Source: Kofleriaceae bacterium (GTDB taxonomy: Bacteria > Myxococcota_A > Polyangia > Haliangiales > Haliangiaceae). Taken from it: a stretch of 34,203 bases of DNA. Positions 8,846 through 17,084 of this stretch are shown here, one piece after another. The notes beneath the pieces were generated by a model. The model saw nothing but the letters and a program-made list of their open reading frames with translations. It was not told the origin of the DNA and did no database searches. The stretch is from assembly GCA_046597055.1 (NCBI GenBank), contig JBKJLC010000282.1:1-34203 (forward strand), in the 5' to 3' direction. The translations under genes and the position numbers were made by a program. Position 1 is the stretch's first letter, and every line of letters starts with the position of its first letter.

Positions 8846-11265
8846 CCACGCGGCTCGTCTGCGTCCACGGCCACTTCTACCAGCCACCCCGCGAGAACCC
8901 GTGGCTCGATGCGGTCGAGCCGCAACCCAGCGCTCGGCCGTATCCCGACTGGAACGCGCGCATCACCGCCGAGTGCTATCGCCCCAACGCGGCCGCCCGG
9001 ATCGTCGACGACACCGGTCGGATCATCGACATCGTCGACAACTATGCGCGCATGAGCTTCAACGTCGGACCGACCCTGATGTCGTGGCTGGCGCGGGAGG
9101 CCCCCGACGTGCACGCCGCCGTCGTCTCGTCCGATCGCGCGAGCCTCGTGCGTTTCGGCGGACACGGCTCGGCGATGGCGCAGTCGTACAACCACCTGAT
9201 CATGCCGCTGGCTTCGCGCCGCGATCAGATCACGCAGACGCGCTGGGGGATCAGAGACTTCCAGCATCGGTTCGGACGCGCGCCGGTCGGCATGTGGCTG
9301 CCCGAGTGCGCGGTCGACGTCCCCTCGCTCGAGGCGCTGGCGGCCGAAGGGATCGGCTTCACCGTGCTCGCACCCCATCAGGTGCGTCGGGTCCGGCCGC
9401 CGGGCGGAGCGTGGGTCGACGTTGCGGACGTCGATCCGGGGCGGCTCTACCGCTGCCCGCTGCCGTCCGGTCGCGCGATCGACATCTTCTTCTACGATGG
9501 CCCGCTGTCGCGCGCGGTGGCGTTCGAACAGCTGCTCAGCGACGGTGGCCGGCTGGCGGCCCGCCTGACGGATCACCACGACAAGACCTCGGGGGTGGTC
9601 CTCCGCCATATCGCCACCGACGGCGAGACGTACGGCCACCACCATCGCTACGGCGACATGGCGCTGGCGTGGGCGCTCACCTCGATCGATCGCGGCGATC
9701 ACGGAGGGGCCGCGCTCACCAACTACGCGCAGTTCCGCGCGCTCCACCCGCCGACCTGGGAGGCCGAGATCCGCGAGGACACCTCCTGGAGCTGCGCCCA
9801 CGGCATCGACCGCTGGCGCGAGGACTGCGGCTGCGCGAGCGGTGGCAATCCGGGTTGGAACCAGGCCTGGCGACGGCCGCTGCGGAACGCGCTCGACTGG
9901 CTGCGTGATCGCGCAAACGACGTGTTCGAGACCACCGGCGCCGAGGTGTTCGTCGATCCGTGGGCTGCGCGAGATGACTACATCGATGTGCTGCTCGACC
10001 GTGGGCGCCTCGACGAGTTCCTCGCCCGCCATGCGCGACCGTCGCTGGACCGATCTGGACGCGTGCGCGCGTTGCAGCTGATGGAGCTCGCGCGTCACGC
10101 CATGCTCATGTACACGAGCTGCGGGTGGTTCTTCGATGACCTCGCCGGCATCGAGACCGTCCAGATCCTGCAGTACGCGGCGCGGGTCTGCGAGCTGGTC
10201 GCGCAGCTTGGCAGCGGTCCGGTCGAGGACGCGTTCGTCGAGCGCCTGGCGACCGGCAGCAGCAATCGCGCCGATGCCGGCGACGGTCGCCAGATCTGGC
10301 GCGAAAAGGTCTTGCCGGCTCGAGTCGACCTGCGCAAGGTGGTCGCCCATTACGCCGTGATGCAGGTGGTCGAGGACGGGGATGTCGAGGCCGAGGACGT
10401 CTATTGCTACCGGGTCGAGCCGCGCGACATCATCCGTCGGCGGACCGGCAAGACCCGGCTCCTGGCCGGGGCGGCGCGCTGCGTGTCGGGCACGACCGGC
10501 GAGGTCGCGGAGCTCGCGTTCGCCATCCTGCACTTCGGCGAGCACCACCTGCTGGGCGGGGTCCGTCCGTTCCCGGCCACCGAGGAGTGGACGGCGCTGG
10601 CGCGCGAGCTCACGGACTCGTTTCTGGCCGCCGACCATCTCGAGGCGCAGCGGATGCTCGACGGGTACTTCAGCGGTGCGACCTTCTCGCTGGGGTCCCT
10701 GTTCGGCCGCGAGCGCGGGCACGTGCTCGACACCATCCTGGCCAGCGAGCTGCGCGAGGCCGACGCGATCTATCGCGGGCTATACGACGAGTACGGGCCG
10801 TTGATGAGATATCTCGTTCGTCACGACCTGCCGGTGCCGGCCCAGTTCGCCATCGCGGCGGAGGTCGTCCTACGCCGGCGCGTCCTGGCCGCGCTGGAGC
10901 GGCCCGTGCCGAGCTTCGACGAGGTGCGCCCGTGCATCGCCGAGGCGGCCCAGGTGCAAGTCGACCTCGACACACCCGAGGTGGCGTACGCGGCGGGACT
11001 CGCGCTCCACCGGATGATCGTGGAGCTGGCGCGCGCGCCGGAGGATCCGAGCCCGCTCGAGCGGCTGGCCCGGATGGCCGAGATCGCGGTGGCCATGAAG
11101 TCCCCCGTCGACCTGTGGGACGCGCAGAACGCGGCGTGGCAGGTCCGCGCCGCCCGCCTGCCATCTTGGCGTCACCGTGCCGCGGCCGGGGATCCCAAGG
11201 CTGCGCGCCTGGTCGCCGCGTTCGTCCGGCTCGCCCAGGCGATCCGGGTGCTGGTCGAGCCCTGA
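8842..11265 (+). CDS. Glycoside hydrolase family 57 / DUF3536 protein
   Basis: GTG start overlaps the glgB stop (GTGA). Motifs CVHGHFYQPPRENPW, YNHLIMPLA, GMWLPE, ATDGETYGHH, SWSCAHG and MYTSCGWFFDD. Confidence 0.92.
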   Translation: MTTRLVCVHGHFYQPPRENPWLDAVEPQPSARPYPDWNARITAECYRPNAAARIVDDTGRIIDIVDNYARMSFNVGPTLMSWLAREAPDVHAAVVSSDRASLVRFGGHGSAMAQSYNHLIMPLASRRDQITQTRWGIRDFQHRFGRAPVGMWLPECAVDVPSLEALAAEGIGFTVLAPHQVRRVRPPGGAWVDVADVDPGRLYRCPLPSGRAIDIFFYDGPLSRAVAFEQLLSDGGRLAARLTDHHDKTSGVVLRHIATDGETYGHHHRYGDMALAWALTSIDRGDHGGAALTNYAQFRALHPPTWEAEIREDTSWSCAHGIDRWREDCGCASGGNPGWNQAWRRPLRNALDWLRDRANDVFETTGAEVFVDPWAARDDYIDVLLDRGRLDEFLARHARPSLDRSGRVRALQLMELARHAMLMYTSCGWFFDDLAGIETVQILQYAARVCELVAQLGSGPVEDAFVERLATGSSNRADAGDGRQIWREKVLPARVDLRKVVAHYAVMQVVEDGDVEAEDVYCYRVEPRDIIRRRTGKTRLLAGAARCVSGTTGEVAELAFAILHFGEHHLLGGVRPFPATEEWTALARELTDSFLAADHLEAQRMLDGYFSGATFSLGSLFGRERGHVLDTILASELREADAIYRGLYDEYGPLMRYLVRHDLPVPAQFAIAAEVVLRRRVLAALERPVPSFDEVRPCIAEAAQVQVDLDTPEVAYAAGLALHRMIVELARAPEDPSPLERLARMAEIAVAMKSPVDLWDAQNAAWQVRAARLPSWRHRAAAGDPKAARLVAAFVRLAQAIRVLVEP

Positions 11266-11348
11266 TCGGCAGGCGAGGATGGGTCGGCCGGCGCCGGTAC
11301 CTCGCGGCCCGGGTTGAGCCCAGGGGCGCGCTGGGCGATACCTCCGCC

Positions 11349-11867
11349 ATGACCGAAGACTGGCGCGACGAGACGATGGCCGACAGGGCGAGCGACCGGA
11401 CCGACGCCGGAGCTACCGTCGCGCCGGCCCACGTCGTGGTCATCGCGATCGACTTCTCGTTGCCGGCGCGCCGCGCGCTGGCGTGGGCGCTCGACTACGC
11501 GCAGCACGTGCCCAGCACGCTGCACACTGTGCACGTGATCGATCGGCGCTTCCAGCTCAGCGATCTGAGCACCGATCCGGCCGCGCTCCGCGGCGAGCTG
11601 GGTGATGCCGAGCGGCTCGCAGCTTCCGAGCTGAGAACCCTCAATGACGAAGGCCGCGCGCGGGTCGGCGTGATTCACGAGCACGTCGGGTTCGGCAAGC
11701 CGGCAGACGAGTTCCTCCGCGTCGCCCGTGATCTCGGCGCGAGCCTGCTCGTGATCGGAAGCCACGGTCGCGAGTCGGTCGCTCATATGCTGGTCGGCTC
11801 CGTCGCAGAGCGCGTCGTCCGCGGCGCCGACTGTCCGGTCGTCGTCGTCAAGCACCGGAACTCGTAG
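11349..11867 (+). CDS. Universal stress protein (UspA family)
   Basis: VVIAIDFS...ALAWA, G.PADE, LLVIGSHGR...MLVGSVAERVVRGADCPVVVVK. Confidence 0.93.
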   Translation: MTEDWRDETMADRASDRTDAGATVAPAHVVVIAIDFSLPARRALAWALDYAQHVPSTLHTVHVIDRRFQLSDLSTDPAALRGELGDAERLAASELRTLNDEGRARVGVIHEHVGFGKPADEFLRVARDLGASLLVIGSHGRESVAHMLVGSVAERVVRGADCPVVVVKHRNS

Positions 11868-11910
11868 GTCGCTGCCGCGACGCGGATGCCCGCGACGCCT
11901 GCCCGCGACC

Positions 11911-12234
11911 GTGACGGCCGGCGGGACGGGGACCTTCGACTGGCACTTCCAGGCCAGCCTCGACGAGCCGCTCGTCCTCGAGCTGGCCGGCCTCGACTTC
12001 GTCCGCGGCAAGGTCGACCAGCTCCTCGGCTCGAGTCCTGGGCCGCCGCAGTCTGCTGATCATGACGACGTCGGGCTCGGCGAGGTGAAGCAGCGCGACG
12101 ACCAGCCCACCGCGGCCCATACCCGCTTCGACCGCAACGACCGGTCACACCCACACCTGACGGCGATCACGTCGAACATCAAGCTGAGCGCCTGGGCTTC
12201 GTCGGCCGCCCCCGGTAGGTCCGCCAGCTGGTGA
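11911..12234 (+). pseudogene. Possible degraded gene fragment of unknown family
   Basis: Coding-like codon pattern over ~11911-12030 (GTFDWHFQASLDEPLVLELAGLDFVRGKVDQ). No clear start or RBS, and the tail looks random. Confidence 0.25.
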
Positions 12235-12422
12235 GCTGCGCCAGCGGCGTCGCCGCGACTCCGTGCGTGCTCCACCCGCGCCCTCGACTCGTTCGACCTT
12301 GTCGAACGCTGCATTCGAATCCCTTCAACGAGATCCCGGTAACACATGCGGGCGGACGCCGTATGCGCACAGTGAACGCCCCACCTTCGGGCCAGGCCAC
12401 CAGTAACCGACGAGCGAACCTG

Positions 12423-13025
12423 ATGATCAAGAACCTCAAAGCAATCCTTACGTGCGCGACCACGGTCGCATCCCTCTCGACCGTTGCCGCCGTCACGGTT
12501 GTCGCGACCATGGCAGGCTGCGCCGGCGACGACGCGGGCGAAGCCGCTGGATGTCCCGCCGCATGCCCCGCGGCTGCTGGTGACGCTCAGACCCCGCCCC
12601 AGGGCACCGACGCGGTGATCCGCGCGTGGCTCACGGCCGGAAGCTACAAGGGCGCTGGATGGAAGTGCGAACCCGCGGTACACGCGAACCGGTCGCCGTC
12701 ACCGCACGGGATGAACAAGATCTGCAACAACACGAAGCTCACTGCATCGGTCGCGCCCGGGCTGTACGAGTTCGGCGCCGCGAGCGTGAAGGAGCTCTAC
12801 ATGTCCGATGGGACCACGATCGCAGGCTACGCGACAACGCTCAAGCTGGTCGACGGCGACTCGGATGGGAGCAGGTGGTACTTCTACGAGGAGATGGCGG
12901 GAACCGTCATCGCCAACGGCAAGGGCACGGCCGACAACTCCGACCTCTGCGCCGGCTGTCATGCCGGCGCCGGCTCGGACGCAGGTCACTCGGGACGCGA
13001 CTTCGTCTACACGCAAGTTCCCTGA
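12423..13025 (+). CDS. Cytochrome P460-like monoheme c-type lipoprotein
   Basis: Lipobox MAGC. P460-family pattern G..SVKELY, W.FYE and late CxxCH (CAGCH) followed by RDFVY. Confidence 0.75.
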   Translation: MIKNLKAILTCATTVASLSTVAAVTVVATMAGCAGDDAGEAAGCPAACPAAAGDAQTPPQGTDAVIRAWLTAGSYKGAGWKCEPAVHANRSPSPHGMNKICNNTKLTASVAPGLYEFGAASVKELYMSDGTTIAGYATTLKLVDGDSDGSRWYFYEEMAGTVIANGKGTADNSDLCAGCHAGAGSDAGHSGRDFVYTQVP

Positions 13026-13037
13026 CGAGCGCGCCCC

Positions 13038-13220
13038 GTGATCGAGGGAGTCGGCATCGGGTTGCGCAAGGAGCTGTTCGAGCCCCTGCAAGCGACCACA
13101 CGACGGGTCGAGTCACGGCGCTGGTCCAGCGTGGCACCGATGCCTCCGGCCTGTGGAACCCGGAAACCATTCTCTGGCACGATGCCAGCGCGCGCGGACG
13201 AAGGGGCCGCGACCTCATGA
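13038..13220 (+). pseudogene. Truncated DUF692 (MNIO, MbnB/TglH-like) N-terminal fragment
   Basis: Starts 13 nt after the previous stop. MIEGVGIGLRKELFEPLQATTRRV matches the DUF692 N-terminal GvGlGlR motif. Similarity ends after ~24 codons, whereas the family is ~270-290 aa. Confidence 0.6.
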
Positions 13221-13615
13221 TGCACTTTTGCCGCTGTATTCTTCTCCTCGCGACCGTTGCCGGCTGCGCGGACTCGACCGATCTCCCGGCGCGGTGGAGC
13301 TACGTCCACGCCGCGATCATCCAGCCTGCCTGCACGACCGCGGGCTGCCACTCCGGGCTCACCGCGATCGCCGGCGTCAACCTCGCCGAGCGGCAGGGCG
13401 CCTACACGATCCTCACCGGTCGCCTGTGTGGAGAGCCTTCGAGCTCGATCGAGCCGCCACGTAACTACGTCACGCCATTCGCTGCGGAGACGTCCAAGCT
13501 CTATCACCAGCTCGTCGGCGAGAATACCGACGTGATGCCGCCCGACTCGCCGCTGCCCGATGCCGAGATCGAGATCGTGGCGCGCTGGATCGACGAGGGT
13601 GCGCGATGCGATTGA
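13217..13615 (+). CDS. Small c-type cytochrome lipoprotein (PSCyt1-like) with CX4CH motif
   Basis: Lipobox VAGC; IIQPACTTAGCH; SKLYHQL...MPP.SPLPDAEIEIVARWIDEGA (class I fold with distal Met). Confidence 0.8.
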   Translation: MMHFCRCILLLATVAGCADSTDLPARWSYVHAAIIQPACTTAGCHSGLTAIAGVNLAERQGAYTILTGRLCGEPSSSIEPPRNYVTPFAAETSKLYHQLVGENTDVMPPDSPLPDAEIEIVARWIDEGARCD

Positions 13616-14718
13616 TCGTCTTCTGCGTGGTCGCGCTGCTCGGCATCGCCGAGCGCGCCGCGGCGTATCCCCAGTTCCAGCTCTCGACGGGCGCTGACCG
13701 GTGCTCTGCCTGTCACTTCTCGCCCGCGGGCGGTGGGCTGATCAACGACTACGGCCGCGACGAGGCCGGCAGCACGATCAGCCGCGGTGGCGATGGCCAG
13801 CTCCTGCATGGTGCGTGGACGCCGCCGTCCTGGCTCCAGCTCGGCGTCGACACCCGTGGCGCGCTCGGGGTCAAGTACCGCAAGGAGGAGCGCGAGGTCC
13901 TCGCGTTCCCGATGCAGCTCGACGCCTACGTCCGGGCCGGGGGCGAGCGCATCTCGTTCAACCTGACAGCGGGCCTGCGCGGCGGCGCCCGCGATCCACA
14001 GCCGGCGCTCGTCGAGCGGCTCGCGTCGCGCGAGCACTACTTGATGTACCAGCGCGACAGTGGCTCCTACGTGCGGGTCGGGCGGTTCTTTCCGATCCAC
14101 GGCATCCGGTCCCAGGACCACACCGCATACGTTCGCCGCTACCTCGGCTTCCACACGCTCGAGGAGCCGTACGGGGTTGCGGCCGGGGTCATGGCGGCGT
14201 CGTGGGAGGCCCACCTGTCCGCGTTCGTGCCGCGTCCGGTCGATCTGCTCGGGTCCGGAATCAAGGCCAAGGGAATCGCGGCGTACTACGAGCGCCGGTT
14301 CCTCGACGACACGACGGCAGTCGGCGCGCAGACCAGGCTCGGCTTCTCGTCGACCGACACCCGGCTGTCCGCCGGCATCGTCGGAAAGCGGTGGATGCCA
14401 GACGCGGAGGTCATGCTGCTCGCCGAGATCGACATCGTCCGCCAGTCGTTCGCCGATGCTGCCGGTCCCCAGCGCTACCAGCTGGCCGCGTACGCGGGTG
14501 CGAGCAAGATGGTGGCGACGGGCGTCATGGTCGGCGCCGCGGTGCACCGATGGCAGCCCGATCTGGGCCTCCGATCGTCCCGCGATGCGGTCGAGCTGAA
14601 CCTCCAGTACTTCCCGAGGGCCCACCTCGAGCTGCATCTCTTGACCCGGATCGCCGGCGAGAGCGACTTCGAGAATCCCGGCCTGCTGTCCCTCCTCCAG
14701 CTCCACTACTACCTATGA
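13606..14718 (+). CDS. Cyc2-like monoheme cytochrome / outer-membrane beta-barrel fusion
   Basis: Signal peptide ending AERAAA. Mature N-terminus YPQFQLSTGADRCSACH...GLINDYGR. Alternating amphipathic strands follow, with aromatic C-terminus LLQLHYYL. Confidence 0.7.
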   Translation: MRLIVFCVVALLGIAERAAAYPQFQLSTGADRCSACHFSPAGGGLINDYGRDEAGSTISRGGDGQLLHGAWTPPSWLQLGVDTRGALGVKYRKEEREVLAFPMQLDAYVRAGGERISFNLTAGLRGGARDPQPALVERLASREHYLMYQRDSGSYVRVGRFFPIHGIRSQDHTAYVRRYLGFHTLEEPYGVAAGVMAASWEAHLSAFVPRPVDLLGSGIKAKGIAAYYERRFLDDTTAVGAQTRLGFSSTDTRLSAGIVGKRWMPDAEVMLLAEIDIVRQSFADAAGPQRYQLAAYAGASKMVATGVMVGAAVHRWQPDLGLRSSRDAVELNLQYFPRAHLELHLLTRIAGESDFENPGLLSLLQLHYYL

Positions 14719-15422
14719 ACCGCATCCTCGCCACACTCTGGCCCTTCGCGCTGATCGCGTGCGCACCGGACGCGCCGGCAACGCCGAGCTTCCAGGCGGA
14801 CGTCATGCCGATCCTGGCGGGCAACTGCCTGCGCTGTCATGCCGCCCCGGTGATCGGGGGCGCACCCGAGACGTTCCGGCTCGACGTGCTCGAAGACGTG
14901 ATCGTTCGCGAGCGGACGATCCCCGCGGGCGATCCTGCCTGCACGCCGCCGAGATCCGAGGCCGGGTGCTTCCCGATGGTGATCGGGGGCGCCGCGGCGT
15001 GGGCGGCGACGGCCGCGCGGCGGGTCGACAACGACGACCGGCCGATGCCGCCGCGGTTCCGGATCGACGAGCACGAGATCGAGATCCTCCAGAGCTGGGC
15101 CGCCGCGGGAGCTCTCCGCGGCGAACCCCGTCCCGGCAACGCGCCACCCACGGCCGCGGTCGAGTCGATCGAGCGCACCGGGGCGACCTTCCTGCTGCAT
15201 GTCCGGGTCGACGATCCGGATCGTGATGTCGTCGGTGGCTCGCTTCATGCGCAGATCGCCGGCGTCGACACGTTCGTCGGCCTCTTGTATTCCGGCGTCG
15301 CCGTGGTGCGCTGGGATCCGACCGGCGTCGCGGCCGGGACGTACTCGCTGAGCGCTCGCCTCGACGACGGTGGCGCCGTGTCGGACGTCGGCGTCGGAAT
15401 GATCACCGTGGAGGGACCGTGA
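14715..15422 (+). CDS. c-type cytochrome lipoprotein (PSCyt1-like) with C-terminal Ig-like domain
   Basis: ATGA overlap with the upstream stop. Lipobox LIAC; PSFQADVMPILAGNCLRCH; PMPP; EIEILQSWAAAG; then N.PP...DDPD.D...WD..GV.AGTY.L.ARLDDG. Confidence 0.8.
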   Translation: MNRILATLWPFALIACAPDAPATPSFQADVMPILAGNCLRCHAAPVIGGAPETFRLDVLEDVIVRERTIPAGDPACTPPRSEAGCFPMVIGGAAAWAATAARRVDNDDRPMPPRFRIDEHEIEILQSWAAAGALRGEPRPGNAPPTAAVESIERTGATFLLHVRVDDPDRDVVGGSLHAQIAGVDTFVGLLYSGVAVVRWDPTGVAAGTYSLSARLDDGGAVSDVGVGMITVEGP

Positions 15423-15886
15423 TGAGTGGCCTGCATCGATGCGTCCTCGTCGTGATGATCACCGCAGGATGTGCCGAGTCGGTCACGCCCGAGGAGCTCG
15501 GGGACTACACGCTGTGGCCCGCGATGGGGGGCTCGACGTTCACGGTCCGCGGTCGCGCGCCCGGTCACGGTGACACGATCCGCGTCATCTACATCAACCC
15601 GACCGCGGCGATGGCGGACAGCATCTCGCCGAGCTACCCGCTCGGCTCGACGATCGTGAAGGAGATCCGCAACAACGTCGACGGCGAGGCCGGCGACATC
15701 AATTACATCGCGATCATGCGGCGTCAAGCCACCGTCGTCACCGAGGGTCTCGAAGCGGACGGCGGTTGGCTGTTCAGCGAGCAGAGCTCCGCGGGCGCCG
15801 CCGAGACCCATCGCGAGCTGTGCTGGAACCGCTGCCACGTCGCGGCGCCCTATAACGGCGCGTTCTACGACTACCGCACGAAGTGA
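15422..15886 (+). CDS. Cytochrome P460-like lipoprotein with CX3CH motif
   Basis: Lipobox TAGC; R.IYINP, YPLGSTIVKE, IAIMRR, GGWLF, CWNRCH. Start overlaps the upstream stop (GTG 15419 or ATG 15422). Confidence 0.78.
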   Translation: MSGLHRCVLVVMITAGCAESVTPEELGDYTLWPAMGGSTFTVRGRAPGHGDTIRVIYINPTAAMADSISPSYPLGSTIVKEIRNNVDGEAGDINYIAIMRRQATVVTEGLEADGGWLFSEQSSAGAAETHRELCWNRCHVAAPYNGAFYDYRTK

Positions 15887-15975
15887 TCAGCGCGGGCGAC
15901 CACGCCCCGGATCACCGCGTTGCCGCGCCGATGCGCGTTGACCCTGCCGGGCCCGCGGTCTACACCGGATCGCGC

Positions 15976-17010
15976 ATGGCCGCGTCGCCGTTCACCGACC
16001 TGCCGCCAGTGGTGCGCGCGCTGGTGCCCGAGGCCGCCGCCAGCGGCGATGGCGAGGCGCGCGCGGACTGCGCGCGCTGCCCGATGGCGGCGTCGACCGC
16101 GCCCCACCCGTGGAGCTTCTCGCCCGACACGCGCTGCTGCACGTATCACCCGGCGCTGCCCAACTTCCTGGCCGGTCGCGCCCTCGCGCGCGGCGGCGCC
16201 ACCGCCGAGCTCGTCCTCGCGCGTCTCGGCGATCCCGACGGCGTCTCGGCGCGCGGCGTGTATGCGCCGGCCTGGCACCTCGCGCGCTACCATGCCGAGC
16301 AGGGCGCAGGCTTCGGTCGTGACCCCGCCCTGCGCTGTCCGTTCTGGGTCGGCGGCGAGCACGCGTGCGGCGTCTGGCACGATCGCCCCGCCACCTGCCG
16401 CGCGTGGTTCTGCAAGCACGACGATGGCCTCGGCGGCGCGGTCGCGTGGTCGCAGGTCTCGTTCCTGGTCGCCGAGGCCGAGGACCGGGTCGCGCGGTAC
16501 CTGGTCGCGCGCGGCTCGCCACCCGCACCCGGCGCCACCGTCGCGGCCTGGGCCGACTGGTTCCGCGCGTGTGCAACTTCGGTGCTGACGCTCGACGAGG
16601 CCGACGTCGCGGCCCTGGGCTCGCCCGGACTGACCGAGCGTCGCACCGACCTGGTCTCGATCCGGAGGCGGCCGCCGCGACGCCTGGCCGACGTGGTCGT
16701 GCCTGCCGTGTCGGACCGCCTGGTCGACGGCCTCAGGGTTCATCTGAGTGGCTACTCGAGCTTCGATGCGGTGGTCGCACCGCGCGCGGTGTTTGCCTTC
16801 CTTTCCCGCCTCGACGGGGTCGTGCCGTGGCGCGACGCCCTGGCCGCGGCACGGGCTGCCACCGACGAGCCGGAACTGGACGAGCCACTGGTGCGCGAGC
16901 TGCACCGGGTGGGGGCGCTCCGGGCTGTGGACGGCAGCGACGACCTGCCGTTCGACGTGGAACCGATGCCCGCCGCCCGGTGGACCCACGCCGCCCAGCG
17001 GCCAAGTTGA
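15976..17010 (+). CDS. YkgJ/FliB-like Cys-cluster (putative Fe-S or Zn) protein
   Basis: CARC, RCCTY, RCPFW, CGVWHDRPATCRAWFC pattern. Start uncertain. Confidence 0.7.
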   Translation: MAASPFTDLPPVVRALVPEAAASGDGEARADCARCPMAASTAPHPWSFSPDTRCCTYHPALPNFLAGRALARGGATAELVLARLGDPDGVSARGVYAPAWHLARYHAEQGAGFGRDPALRCPFWVGGEHACGVWHDRPATCRAWFCKHDDGLGGAVAWSQVSFLVAEAEDRVARYLVARGSPPAPGATVAAWADWFRACATSVLTLDEADVAALGSPGLTERRTDLVSIRRRPPRRLADVVVPAVSDRLVDGLRVHLSGYSSFDAVVAPRAVFAFLSRLDGVVPWRDALAAARAATDEPELDEPLVRELHRVGALRAVDGSDDLPFDVEPMPAARWTHAAQRPS

Positions 17011-17084
17011 CGCGGGAGGGAAGGTGGGATCCGTCCCGTGCCAGTCCTGACGCTTGATTTGTCGGCCTGCACTTGAAATCCTGC

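Noticed and set aside
7445..10722. Long antisense ORFs over glgB and GH57 (similar ones at 16752..18152, 18215..20326, 31122..32615, 32721..34148)
   Set aside because: Stop-poor shadows expected in high-GC DNA. The opposite strand carries clear family motifs.
6944..11265. glgB-GH57 coupling as a novel system
   Set aside because: A common glycogen-metabolism arrangement. The short GlgB N-terminus is a known variant.
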